64,000 nucleotides of DNA, taken from positions 55,490,001 to 55,554,000 of the forward strand of contig NC_043001.1 in NCBI RefSeq assembly GCF_006345805.1, given 5' to 3'. A model generated the notes under the pieces. The model did no database searches. It worked only from the letters and a program-made list of their open reading frames with translations, and was not told where the DNA came from. The position numbers and the translations under genes are program-made. Shown one piece after another: positions 38,080 through 52,087 of the stretch (position 1 is the stretch's first letter; each line of letters begins with the position of its first letter). This stretch comes from Octopus sinensis. Lineage: Eukaryota.

Positions 38080-41000
38080 CTACCAAGAGAGAAAAGAAAG
38101 AATTTAAAATAGGTATAATTATACAAAAATATATCATGTAATAAAAAAAATAATAAAACAATAACATCAACATATGTAAAATGTAAATTTAAACATACAA
38201 AAACAACTTTCACTTTGGTAAGAAAGAATATATGACTGTTACTGACTAGCTATAGTCATAAGGAACTGTATGACTATAGCTAAGCCAAGTGATGACAGTC
38301 TGTTGTATCAAGGAAAGCATTTGCTTTGGAACAATTTTGAATTTTATTTATTTATTTTTTTTTTCAATGGCTTAATCAAAAGAATGAGAAAAGGAAGTAT
38401 GAAACCAATGACCTTTCATTGAAAAGCCTACAAAAGCTAAAGAGAGGAAAAATTAAATGAGATGCAAATAATAGGTTAGTGCAGTAGGAAGCTGCTCATC
38501 AAGACATCCAATTATCTAACCTCAAGATTAGTGACCTGGTCTGAATGCTTACAACAGAGAGAATACTGCTAAAAGGTACCAAATGGCCAGGTAGTAGTGT
38601 TAAAGAGAAAACAGATTGAGTCTACGACCCAAAATAAAGTTATAGTTCTCCAATTCACATCAGAGAACATTACAGGTACAAAAATTTATGGTGAGATAAT
38701 GTTTTGCAGATGTGTCCAAGTCTATATAAATAAGGAAAAATTAGTTATTAAAAACTATGACAAAAATAAGGATTTCAAGCATAAACATAACATTTCTCCA
38801 ATGCCAATCCACCATGTTAATGATGACAAAAATAATGGTTTCAACTTTTGGCACAAGGCCAGCAAATTTGGAGGAGGAGTAAGTTGATTACATTGACCCC
38901 AGTGCTTAGCATCAGCATCAGCATCATTTAACATCTGCTTTCCATGCTGGCATGGGTTAGATGGTTTGACTGAAACTGGTAACTGTAGGGCTACACTAGG
39001 TTCCAATCTGATTTGGTATGGTTTCTATACCTAGATGCCCTTCCTAACACCAACTACTCAAAGAGTGTAATGGATGCCAGTCACATGACACTGGCATTGA
39101 CTACAACAATGATTTCACTTGGTTTGACAGGACATCTCAAGCATGGCATATCGCCAAATGGTACTTATCTAGTGACCTTCAAAGAATGAAAGGTAATATA
39201 GACCTTGGCTGAGTTTGAACTCAGAAAATAAGGAGAGATGTTGCTACACATTTTGCCAGGCATGCTAAGATTCTGCCAGCTCACCACTTTAATGATGACA
39301 AACAAAAAATAATGAAATATTATTCAAGGAGGACAGCAAGAACATTAATAATGAGAGACATTTATTAGTTCAGACTAATTTCTTTTCGTCAATACAATAT
39401 TTTTTTGACTTCTTTCTATGTTACATTTGTAGCTTTTATCCAGAAATATGGCAACAAATATTGAAGAATTCAACAATGTTGTTATAAAATATCTTGCCTC
39501 ATATATAGCTTCTATTGCTTGAATATAAGATGTCTTGGACCAAATTAACAAAGAGAAGAAATAATTAAGCCATTATATTTGTTGAAGTATTTACTACAAG
39601 TGATATTAAAACATTATAAGCAAAATTTGAGCCAGAAAAGACCAACTCTGTGCTGACAAAGCAAAACCTACACATTTATTACTTTACAGTAGACTGCTGT
39701 CTTACTTGTTATACACCACATCTTCTATCTTTCCACCTTCTTAAATTAGAGACTATAATTTTTTTTTTTTCTGATCTCGAAGATAATTTTCATTTACTCA
39801 GTACTAGCAAGATAGGTTATTTTGCTTCATGTCCAGCATAGTGAAATTGGTCAAAGTACCTCATTTCACAGAGAGGGCATTGGCAGTCTATGTGTAGTGT
39901 ATTTAGTAACATAGTCCTCTGTTAAGCAATAGGTATGAGGTTCAGATTCTGTAAGCAGACAAGTTACCATTTTCTCTCTCAAATCACTGCTTATAGTTTT
40001 TAATATAATTCCCAATAAAATCTTAGTGGTTAATTCTTAATTAGCTAAACATTGGACAATTGCCTGTTAAAAGCTATAGTAAATATTTTGGCAGACTCCT
40101 TTTATCTTTAACCAATAAAAATCTATTAAAAGCTCCCTAGAAAATTCAAAGAGTTTTCTCACATTCTTTTCTTTTTGGGCAGTTACTCCACATGTTCAAA
40201 GAAGCATTATTAATAGCATTTGGAGTAGGTAGGTAGAGGGGGGGTGGGAGTTCGGTAGTTCACACAATTAAGCTATATGTAGAAAGCAGAGATCTAAAAG
40301 TCAACTAAAACTGAATGGAAACTAGTTTTGTCTGAGTAGAACTCAAAAGTGGAGAAGAAAGAAGAAACAGTTGTTAGTTGTCAAGAATGAATTGTTAACA
40401 AAAGAACAAAGAAACTCTGTAAGATTGAGAATCATTTATGAAGACGTTCAGTGTGAAAGGTGATTCTTGAGAGAATCCAGAATATATAGAATGAAGATCT
40501 GTTGGTGAACATCAGTTGAAAGACAATAGAGCTGGCTGCAAAAGGAAATTTGGTTGCTAAATAGAAAGAGTCATGTTCTATTCATACAGTCAGAAAAACT
40601 GGCCACAGCACAGCACTTCACTCATCCTAGTTTACCCAGAAAATTTCCTGATGTCAACAACAGCTGTTTATATGAAGCGTCTTTGAAATACTTGTATGCT
40701 AACAACATTACAGAGAAAGTTGCTAAATAATTTCTTCGTATGGAAGCTATATGGATCAATAATTAATAGGAAGGTACTAGATTGGGAAAATCAGTAGAGC
40801 AATGGTAAAAACGCCTAGCAGAATTTATTTACATCTCTTTTAACAACCTGAGTTCAAATGCTACTAAGGTCAGTTTTGCCTTTGATCCTTAATAAAATAA
40901 ATGGTGGTAAAGTACTAAGCTTGGTATAATTCGCTATATGTTCCCCACCCACGCCATATTAGGAATGTTTTTATGTGCCTATGTCAGAAATCATTTATGA

Positions 41001-42554
41001 CAGGAAGGAAGAGAGTAAAAAAAGAAAATAAATAAACGTTAAGCTATTAATAAATACTAGAAAGTTTTATATATAAAATAAAAATGAGAAATTGCAAGGG
41101 TTTGCTTGCATAAACAAGAACAGCTGAATTTTGAAGAAAACAATGCCATGGGATATAAAGACTACAAACAATTATCTAAACAAATAGAAGGTAATAACAA
41201 TGACTATATTGTTGGAGGGGAAAAAAAAGAAATAACCATTAGATGAAAAGCAGGTGACACCATCTACAATATTACATAGTTGTAATGAGCCAATGAAAGT
41301 GCCTCCATGTCATGATTTGACAGGATGAAAATAGCAACTAAATCCCCCTCAAATCACACTCCAATATCTTAAATAAGGTTAGAATGCATTGGATAATGTA
41401 TATCTACATAGTCATAACAAAAACACGATGGTCATGGATAGAATGTCTTTGATCATATGCTTCCTCAATCGGAATATATCCAGAGTTAAGGAACACCAAC
41501 AACAGCCAGTCACAATGAAGATGATAGAAAATGGAAAATAATAATAATTTTATATTATAAGAGCTGATCTCTGCCTGTCTGTAACAATGTCTGTCTAAAG
41601 AGAGGTAAGAAGAGGAGGAAAAACAGTTGTTACTGAGAGAAAAATACAGTGAGTGAGAGTAAGATAGATAAATAAGTAGTTCTGTGACATGGTAACTAAA
41701 ACGTTTTGATTAAAAACATGGTAACTTTAAGTGCAAGTCTGTCAACACAATGCAATACAGACTTCAAAAGAAGACTATATGTATATACATATAATACATG
41801 TAATTATTTGAGGTGGGTGGTGCTGTGTGTGTGTGTTTCTGTATGTCTTTCAACATACAGATAATACAGCACAGACTTTAGAAAAGACTTTTATTTTCAA
41901 CAATTTATGAAGATACATGCATGATAAACAAATATTTTTTTACTGGTAGCAAAGGTCAGAAAATTTAGAGAAAAATGTTGACTGAATCCACTAGTTAACT
42001 GGTACTTAGTTTATTGATACTAATAGGATGGAAGGTAACATGTTTATGCTAGTGGGATTTGAACTCAGAATATAAAGGGTTGTAACCAAATACTGCAAAG
42101 TATTTTGTCTGATACAGTAACAATCCCACAAAAACCATCAAACCACCAACAGAAATTAGAACAAAATTAATGGTTTTTTATTATCAATAATTAATAAGAA
42201 TAGACAATAAATCCTAATGGAATACAAAAGCAGTTGTCCAAAAGCTGTAAAATGTAACTTGATATATTTACTCTCTTACTATCTCAATCTCATGTTACAT
42301 TAAACCTGTCAAGAAGCTTGTGTGTGTGCTCGTGTGTGTGTGTGTGTGTGTGTGCTCGTGTGTGTGTGTGTGTGTGTGCTCGTGTGTGTGTGTGTGTGTG
42401 TGTGCACACGTACTTGTGAGAATGTGTGTGTGCATGTGTAGAGTGGGCCCTTAACAACTGGAGTTCTAGGATCATAATTGCAACAAACAGCATGTTTTGA
42501 ACTTGTCAGAGTGCATTCTTGTCCATGTAATAATAATAATAATATAATAATAAT

Positions 42555-43217
42555 AATGGTTTTAAATTTTGTCACAAGGCCAGCAATTATAGAGGATGGG
42601 GTAGATCAATTACACCAAACCCAGCACTCAACTGCTACTAATTTTATAGGCCCCCCAAAAGGATAAAAGGCAAAGTCAACCTCAGTGGAATTTGAACTTG
42701 GAATGTAAAGACAAACAAAATACTGCTAAGCATTTTTCCCAGTGTATTAACAATTCTGCCAGCTCACCACCTTAATTATATAATAATAATAATAACCCTT
42801 ACTAAATTTTAGCACAAGACCAGAAATTTTGAGGGGAAGGAGAAATCGATTACATTGGCTCCAGTGTTCAAATGGCTCTTACTTTACTGACCCCAAAAGG
42901 ATGAAAGGCAAAGTCAACCTGGATGGTATTGGAACTCAGAATGCAAAACCAGAAAAAATGCTGGTAAGCATTTTGTCCTGCTCGATAACAATTCTGAGAA
43001 CTTGCTGCTGCCATAATGATGACAATGACGATGGAGATAATAATAATGGTCTCATATTTTGGCACAAGGCCAGCAAGTTTGGAAGAGTGGTGTTAGTCGA
43101 TTACATTGACCTCAGTACTCCACTAGTACTTCTATTAGTGACCATGCAAGAATGAAAAACGAAGTTGAATTTGAACTCGGAACATGAAGCTGGATGAAAA
43201 GCTGCCAGGTCACTGCC

Positions 43218-43252
<35 letters not shown>

Positions 43253-43466
43253 CTTTTCTATTAAAGGCACAAGGCCTGAAATTTTAGAGAAGAGGATCAG
43301 TCAATTACATCAACCCCAGTGTTTTCACTGGCACTTAATTTATCAACCCCAAAGGATGAAAGGCAAAGTCAACCTTGGCGGAATTTGAACTTAGAACATA
43401 AAGATGGATTAAATGCTGCTAAGCATTTTGCCTAATGTGCTAACAATCCTGCCAGCTCACTGCCTT
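42555..43466 (-). mobile_element. Four head-to-tail family A SINEs
   Basis: Copies at about 42555-42773, 42795-43010, 43045-43219 and 43255-43466, separated by (AAT)n. Confidence 0.8.
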
Positions 43467-44935
43467 AATAATAATGATAATATATATATATGTATGGTGG
43501 ATCTCCATTGTTCGACGATGGCAATTTACTTGTTTGATCAATTATCTGCTCCTGTATCCCTTATGTAATTTTAGGTTGAATCAAAGTGATACAGTGTATG
43601 ACAAGGTTGTACCTTTTGAATTAAAGGTACGACACATCAGATGGATTCCTTACCGTTTCTGTTCACCCAGTTTCATTTACAATGTGTCAAACTCAGATTA
43701 TAGAATTTGCTCAAAATGCTACAGAATCAAAATGAACATAGGGCCTCATGGTTGCAAAGTTAACTTCTTAACCATTTGGCCAAACTGCACCTACATATAT
43801 ATGTAACACACACACACATAAATATAGTTTGTTTTTATATATCCACCTGTGGAAAATCTGACTCAACAGAATATATATATGTATCCACAAACTTGCATGT
43901 AAACACATAAACATACACAAATACATTTATATATGAGAGCAGAATAAAATACAAAATCAATTAGATATTTTTTATTATGCCATCATGAATTATTTAATCT
44001 TTACATGTGTTTCACAAGTGTATACTAGTATGCCATATAGGAGGTGGGGGTTATATGCATATTTTACACACATACATACACACATATATGTAACAAAGAC
44101 ATAACAAAAACCTTTCTAATAAATCATAAGTATTGTAATGTCACAAGATCTTTAACAGAAATTCAGCTGATACTAGGTCTTCTCATAAAATGTTTGCTGG
44201 TTCAGATAAAGCTTTCAGTTGAGACAGATACTTAATACCAGAAATACTGTCTGTCTCCCTACTTCTCATTTGTATCTGTGAAAGTAGTTGTCTCCTCATT
44301 GGTGATTTTCTTTTGAAAGCTATATTTTAAAATGCTATGGTGGTTTATATATAGTATTGTGCGTCTTATACTGGATTAGCAGAAAATTAAAAGGTGTCTG
44401 AGTGAATTCTCAAGATACAAGGTGAGTAGATGTGAGTGGGGACAGAGGAAAGAAGAGTGTGTGTGGACAAATGTTGCAACAGTGTATGGCAGACTGAGAA
44501 ATGAGGAATGATTGAAAGAAGGAGGAGGTAACAACTGAAAAAATTAGGTAGGGTTGAAGAGCAGGTGTAGTAGAAGGTTGAAATAGGATGGGAGATGACC
44601 ATTGGTATACACATAGGCAATTATGCAGATAAACAAAATAGGTACATTAATTATATTACATATATTTGATATAATAGTTTTGATATGAAATACAAAATAT
44701 ATATATCTATGTATACTCACACAAGGTAGAGACTTTCAGATGATGAATTTATCTGAAAGTCTCCCTCTTTTGTGTGTACACATATGTACATATTATGTAT
44801 TTCATACCCAAACTATTATATTTAATATAATTAATGTACCTAATTTGTTTATCTGCATAATTGCCTCTATATCCACTGAACTTGATCCCTCTTACAGCCA
44901 TTCTTGACCTTGCAGAATCAATCCCCTATAAAGAT

Positions 44936-45176
44936 CATTATGTACATTATTTACATTTGACAGATATTTGTCCTCATCTTGTTTGTTGTTAACACAATGT
45001 TTTGGCTTGATATACCCTCCAGCCTTCATCGGGTGTCTTGGGGAAATTTCGAACCTGATGAAGGCTGGAGGGTATATAAGCTGAAACGTATTAACAACAA
45101 ACAAGATGAGGACAAATATTCGTCAAATGTAAATAATGTGCATAATTCTTCATCTCTTAAATATAGAACTGTATTA
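44936..45176. mobile_element. Fold-back Penelope-type short retroelement, hammerhead motif in each arm, 12-bp TSD
   Basis: Left arm 44937-45033 is the imperfect reverse complement of 45053-45146. Direct repeat CCCTATAAAGAT lies at 44924-44935 and 45177-45188. CTGATGA...GAAAC core at 45055-45087. Confidence 0.75.
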
Positions 45177-45287
45177 CCCTATAAAGATATCGGAATCTAA
45201 GTTTGAATCCTTTGAACACTACTAAGTATCTTCTATGCTGAGAATCTCTGGATCTCATATGAAGACTGACTATCTATCTATCTATCT

Positions 45288-45352
<65 letters not shown>

Positions 45353-45525
45353 TTGATAGATAGATAGATAGATATATGCACAGGCACCAGCCAATAGTTA
45401 TAGTAATTCTTCATACTTAACCCAAAGTTCTTTAACTTGTTAAGGGGTTTCCTATATATATAAAAATAAATATATCTATATATATATATATATAAAGAAG
45501 CCCTAGACAAGTCAATCAAATAATG

Positions 45526-45569
<44 letters not shown>

Positions 45570-46149
45570 ACAAAACACACATATATATAAAATATACATA
45601 TATCATAGTAAACACACATACATATATAATATATACATCAGCCTCTAGTCATAAATTTGTGTTCTGCATTAAATTTTCATAAAATATTTACAGGAGGCTG
45701 AAACTGATGGTTATTACATAATTTATGAATGATGTTATACAGTAAATGTCTTTTTTAAAGCTATCCCTCTCAAATACAACCTATAACTCTTTAGTTTTAC
45801 AATTATTCCAGCCAAGGTGGAATCACTCATGTCATTCCTAGAGTAATGATATGGGTGTATCCACATATTCCCACCCTGACCATCCCACTTTTTAAGGTAT
45901 ATTAGAGTACAACATTTTTAGTGTCCTTTTGTTTTTATTTGCTTGTTAGATATATTATTTGAATGAGCTATGGTCACTATTTCTGGCATACCAAGCCACT
46001 ATGTAATGGCTTCCTTGTTGTTGTCATACCTGCAGCTATAGTTGTTACTGTTTAGCCCCAAGTCAGCCCTGAACAATCAGACCTATGATCAATAGCACTG
46101 CAATTGTGATCATCCTGTCATTTACATTATATAATGTATCGATAAACGT

Positions 46150-46437
46150 TGCCCTTATCAAGCCTAACCAGGCTCATGGGCCCGGTTTCCCAGTTTCTGT
46201 GGTGTATGTGTTCCTCCAGCTGGATGGGACACCAGTTCTTTGCAGTGTTACTCAAGAAAGAGAAAGAGAGAGAGAAAGTTGTGGCGAAAGAGTACAACAG
46301 GGTTCACCACCACCCCTGCTGGAGCCTCATGGAGCTTTTAGGTGTTTTCACTCAATAAACACACACAACGCCCAGTCTGGGAATGGAAACCGCGATCTTC
46401 CGACTGCGAGTCCGCTGCCCTTACCACTGGGCCATAT
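46150..46437 (-). mobile_element. tRNA-derived SINE (family E)
   Basis: Head TGGCCCAGTGGTAAGGGCAGCGGACTCGCAGTCGGAAGATCGCGGTTTCCATTCCC with A/B-box-like motifs; single clear copy in the window. Confidence 0.6.
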
Positions 46438-47425
46438 AATGTATCAGTTACGTTTATAAAATGAGAGGTGTTATTTGAGGCAATTTTGGCTACTATTTCA
46501 AGAAGACTGAGCAATCACCTTGATCTCCTATTTGCTTGCCTCTCATCATTAGGACTGCAGTGGAGAGTCCCAAGAATTTAGTTAAGAACCTATAGTCTCA
46601 GCTGCTGATTCAGCAGGATACTATTTATATGTATTTTTAGATTCATCAAACTTAAAAGGAACAGGCAGATGAGTAAAAAGAAGAAGAATCTCACAGGAGT
46701 ATGCTTGATGGTATCTGCTTTCTAAGATCTGAAGTTGATACCTTATTCTGTGATGCTAGATTGATGCTATCTCCAGCAAAGAAATGGGAGAAAAATTCAT
46801 TCTATATTTTTGTTCAGCATCAAAACTGATGCCGATGGTTGCAGAATATTAAATAAAGGTACATGTGGCTCAAAAAGCTGTTGGGGTAGAGTGGCATTGT
46901 ATATTAAACAGGAAGTATCTGTTTATCATATTACATTGTTAGCCCCCACTTCTCTTGCAAAACTACTGAAGTGAAAGTAAGGGCATAATTTTGTGGGTCT
47001 TTAGTTACCATTATTATTTTTTTTTTTTTTAGGAGTTAAGATAATTAATGTTTTGTACTATGTAAATAATACTCAGACTTAATAGATTGTTTGTTTTATT
47101 TTTTAATTCCACCATTATAGAAAATAAGATATACTGAAATATATGACAAAGTAAATCAGTGAAAGATTGTATCAGTGCCATGTGGTGTGTGTGTGTGTGT
47201 GTTATTCACTCTGTATGTGACTGAGAAAATGTATTATTCACTGTATGTGTATATTTCTTCATATATGCCTGTATACATGTTTGAATGTGTATGTATATCT
47301 CAGCATGCATGCATATGTATGTGTGTATGTGACTACCAGAGTGGATAATAATTGATATTCAAAGCACTTTTTTTCCCAGTGAGTCAGTACAGAAGAACTG
47401 ATCATTTTGTGGATGCTGTTAATCT

Positions 47426-47617
47426 TATGAAAATACTCTCAAGACCTCCCTAAAAGACTTGATCATTAATCCAGAGTTAGTGGTGGGGCAGAAGACTTTA
47501 TTGCTGAGACTTCTACCAAGTGTAAGCTTATACAAAAAAGGTGCCATCAAGTCTGAGCAGATCAGGAACAGACAAGATGAGCAGAAGTGGGAACTGAGAA
47601 AGCCCAGAGTTACTGGT
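47426..47617 (+). mobile_element. Old RTE LINE C-terminal fragment
   Basis: YENTLKTSLKDLIINPE...SLYKKGAIKSEQIRNRQDEQKWELRKPR resembles the KDSLKVSLKDF...AEQKRQMRKAR region of the copy at 26 kb. Confidence 0.55.
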
Positions 47618-47694
47618 GTATTGGCATAAAAAAATCCTTTAAACCATGTGTGATAAAAGAGTTTTAAATCGCAGTCATCGTTCATATAGATGGA

Positions 47695-48075
47695 TGAATG
47701 TGTGTGTGTGTGTGTATGTGTGTGCATGTGTGTGTGTGAGTCTTTGTATCAGCATACCTCTATACATGTGAGCTTGAGAATGAGTGAATGTCAGAGTGTG
47801 TGTGTGCTTATGTGTGTGAGCTTCTGTGCTTGAGTGTGTGTATGAGTGTCTGAGCATGTGTTTGAGTGTGCATGTGTTGAGAGTCTGTGCATATGTATGA
47901 GTTTAAGAGCATGTGAGTGAGTGTATGTAAGTGTTTGTTTCATTGTACGAACCTCTGTGCATGTGAATGCGTATAAGTGTGTATCTCTGCATATGCAGTG
48001 TTTGTGTCTCTGTACGTGTGTGTGTGTGTGCATGTGAGAGTGGGTGTGTGTGTGCATGTGTGAGAGTATGTTCAT
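47695..48075. repeat. Degenerate (TG)n-rich low-complexity tract
   Basis: Seen directly. Confidence 0.85.
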
Positions 48076-51000
48076 AGTGAAGGCTTCTTCACTATGCCTG
48101 TATTAGGTAATGGATGTCTTACTGGCTGCCAAAATGCAGAATTATATTAAATGAAAGATGAAAGAAATGGAAGTAGAATCAAATCTAAAGATCAAAAGAA
48201 AAAAATAAATAAATAACATAAAAATACAAAGAGAAAATAGAATATGGTAAGCAATAATAATGTTGTGTACTAAAGAAATAGAATCCACAGATTTCATTTG
48301 AAGTCTAGAGCCAGAGGGTAGGTGTCAACATTCAGGACAAGAAGAATAGTCGGTCTTTTGGTAGCAAAAGGTGGACCATTAAAGAAAATAAAACAAACTA
48401 AATGACTATTAAAGGGGAAAAATGTAGGTCATTTTTTTTTTATTCGTTTAATGACTCCCATTGAACTGTTTTTGGCTGAATATTCCAAGTGCTGGAGATT
48501 ATATGAAAATGATGATGATTATGATGAGTTCTGGCAAAAGATTCAACAGATGTTCTTTTATTACATTTTACTGCTCTTACAGGTTTTAGTCACTGGACTT
48601 CGGCCAGTGCGAGGCACCAGGCTTTTATTCAGTTGATTGTATTAAATTCCAATGCATTTTTTTTAAGTATCAGGCTTAAAAATAAAAGTACTGGGGTCAA
48701 TTCATTTGATTACAAATTAATTCTTTAAGGTGGTGCCTCAGCATGGCCACAGTCTAATGATTGAAACAAGTAAAAAAAGAAAAAAAATTAATTAACACCA
48801 GAGGAAGTAAGAAGACAAAGTCAAACAAGGTGAAAATAGAATGTAACCAGACCAGAATGTAGAAGTTTTAGGTATAGAAAATACTTCATGCTTAATCTAT
48901 TGTTGAACCTCTACAGAGCTGAGGTGTGATCGACATTAGAGTAGAATATATGCTCATGTATCATATATGCTGCTGTTATTGTTCTTACCGTATATACGGA
49001 CAACATAGACTATCTCCAAAAAAGAAGTATTATTCAGTCACCAACTCATTACAATCACTGGCTTATGAATACATATTGTTTTCCCAGCCTATTCTACAGT
49101 TTCTATAATGGCCTCTGCCACTTTGAAGACCACCTCCTACTCAATCCACCTTACCCACTTGTCTCTCTATCATGCTCTTTCTCCCTTCATCTTTACCAGC
49201 TCACAACTTCCAAAATCCAAACTAAATACTTCAATTCTTCCTTTTCAGTTGTGGACTCCTTTTCAACCATGTCGCTCTTTGCTGATATCTTTCTAGAACT
49301 GTAGTTCTCTGAAACTCTCTGCCTCCTGGCCATTTTGTTTTCTACAGGCATCAACATCCAGAGGATCAAACTGAACATCAAACTCACCAATTTGAGAGAA
49401 CTTACTCAGGTAAAGGGTTGTCTCTCTCATTCTCAAAAAATTATAAAAAAAAGTAAAATGATAGAATATGGCCACCTTAAAGTACATAGTCTTGCAAACT
49501 GTATGATGGCCTCACTAGTGCTGGTGACATAAAAAAAATAAGCACCCGGTTCACATCGTTAAGTGGCTGACATTAGGAAGACCATCCAGTCATATAAACC
49601 CCTCCAAAGCAAACACTGAAGCATGATGCAGTCCTTGAACTAATTAGGTCCTGTCAAACCATCCCAAAACATGCCAGTATAGATTATGGATGTTAAACGA
49701 TGGTATGATTGAAATCAGAGTTACACTTTATGTTCCAATTGGTCAGTCTTAATCAAACTGACCTCTGATCAAAAATGTTTTACCTATGATGTTCTTGCCT
49801 TCAAAATATAACATATCCATGACATCATTCAATGTGTGATTCCCTTTTTAATATAAAATGATTTGAGGGGAATCTGACTACAGGTTAAGCAATCACATAG
49901 AATCTCCACTCTCATTGCCATATATTGATCCAGTTTTGAAGATAATCCTTCCATCTTTGTATCACTGGTTGTTGCTATGTGACTGCTATGAAATTTTCAT
50001 GGAAGAATGCAAGAGTTTTCTCAGTGCCTCCGTGTATGCCATGACTGAGAGACATATGAATCAAGTCCAGATGATTTTAGATTTGTTTGGTCAGGGCTAA
50101 TTTGGGTTAGGATTCAAGCAATAAAAAGCAGCAAATGAGTGATTCTCTATTTGGTAGGTTTATTTTTAAAGACTTATTCACCGTTCACTTCCACTGCATA
50201 TTCCATGTACTGTTCATGCAATTTTGCTTACCTCTTCAACTGAGTTTGTAGTGCACCTGAGCACTGTATACAATAAGTTATTATTATTATCATTATTGAG
50301 AGAGCAGCACATGTCATCAAAGTGACATAGGGGTACATATATACAAAACCAAATACACCCATCATGATTACCCATCTGATAAGGGTACATCAGGCACATG
50401 CATCACAACCATATGGTGATCTTATACCACATAACCTTGCAGGTGGAGGCCCTGTTAAAATTTTCTTCTGGTCAAGTAACCCATCCTGCTCAAAAGGTCC
50501 CTGAATAAGGGTTAAGGATGAACAAAACAACCATGTTTTCAGAATTAAATTATTCAAACCCCAAAGAATTCACATAGCTATGATGCTCCCCGACTATTGC
50601 TTGTGGTCAAAGATGTACATATTGTCAGCCGCTAAGAAATGTGCTCAACTGGTTATAGTCAAACAACTGACAAGCAAATCTGTGGTATTGAGCAGAATAT
50701 TATTATTATTATTATTATTATCTGCTAAAAACAAAGTCAAATCTCCCTCAATTCACTCTGTACTGTTTACAAAAGCGAACACTGGCTAATGTGGTCAGAG
50801 ACATGCTGTTTTCATTGAAAATGGGATAGTTATGACTGGATTGATCTGAGGTTAAACAGTAATATCAACAACAAACACCAGCAAAGGCCAAAACAGCTTA
50901 TACTAAAGTAAAGTTGAAGAAGAGTTGGCATTTTATTTTAATTAAATAAAGAGCCAGTTATTTTGATCTATGAAAGCAGAGAACAAAGGCAAGCCATGGC

Positions 51001-52087
51001 AAACAAAAGTGAGACTCACACCCATACAACCCACACCAGCCCACATTCGTTGAACCACAATTAGAAATGTCCAATGATGGGTGAAATGAGGACAGAGTCA
51101 ATGGCAGGACTTAAATTAGAGAGTGATCACTCTGTTAAGTCAGGCCACTGGACTGCTCTGAGAAATGATACAATGTGATCTTTTGACCTACAGTTGTTAG
51201 TGCTGTCAAGATAGAAAGGTGATGATTGCATTGATATATCTAACACACATACACGCGTATGCACACATATGTACACACACACACACCAAACAAATGCCGA
51301 AAGGAAAATTTTTTTAAAGAATTTTCCACCCTGCTGCCATGATCAATCATGGCGGTAGAAGTCAAAACAAAACTTTAAAAAAACCGAATAAAAAGAATCC
51401 CAATAAAAGTATAACAAACGCTGTTAAAGCAATGAACACACACAGAGTAAATAAATTACTCAATACTTTAAAGTGTGCATGTGCATGTATGTGTGCATGT
51501 GCAAAGACAGGTCAATAGATAGACGTACAACCAGGAAATTGGCAGAATTGTTTGGGTGTCAGATAGATTGCTTGGAGATATTTATTCCAGCTCTCAGGGC
51601 TCTGATTTTAAATATTGCCAAAATCAATTTTGCCTTTTATTCTCATGAAGTTGAACTTTGGAGTACCAATCAAATACAAGACTTCATTCTACTCTCTCTC
51701 TCTCTCTCTCTTGCAATCAACTATATTGTTGTGTGAGAAGGGTCATGGCAAAGCACTTACAGAATCCGCCACTCCAGAAGTGGGGAATGGTTGAACGAGA
51801 ACTACAATCCTCTTCTCCTTAGAGAAAAGCTGTATGTGTAATGGAATAATCTATGGAATGGTCAAATAAGCTGTACTGTCTTCTTCCTTACCAGTGTCTC
51901 TTGTTTAAACATTATCTGCTCAAAAGGCAACTGACCAACGATCTTGTTCTAGCTTGAAAAATGGTGAAATAAATTATTTCAATCAGAAAAACCTGGGTAG
52001 CTGTATTTAACAAGACTTATGGCTTTTATTATAATGTTATTTTAACTCTCTTTGCTAATCGAGTGCTGTTCTACTTGTTGAAACCTT

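Noticed and set aside
46370-46437. tRNA-like sequence with A and B boxes (similar heads at 26408, 59497 and 24675)
   Set aside because: No complete cloverleaf; each continues into a SINE body, so these are SINE heads rather than tRNA genes.
49060-49430. Pyrimidine-rich stretch that may be a LINE endonuclease relic
   Set aside because: No diagnostic motif such as GDFN could be read; too degraded to call.
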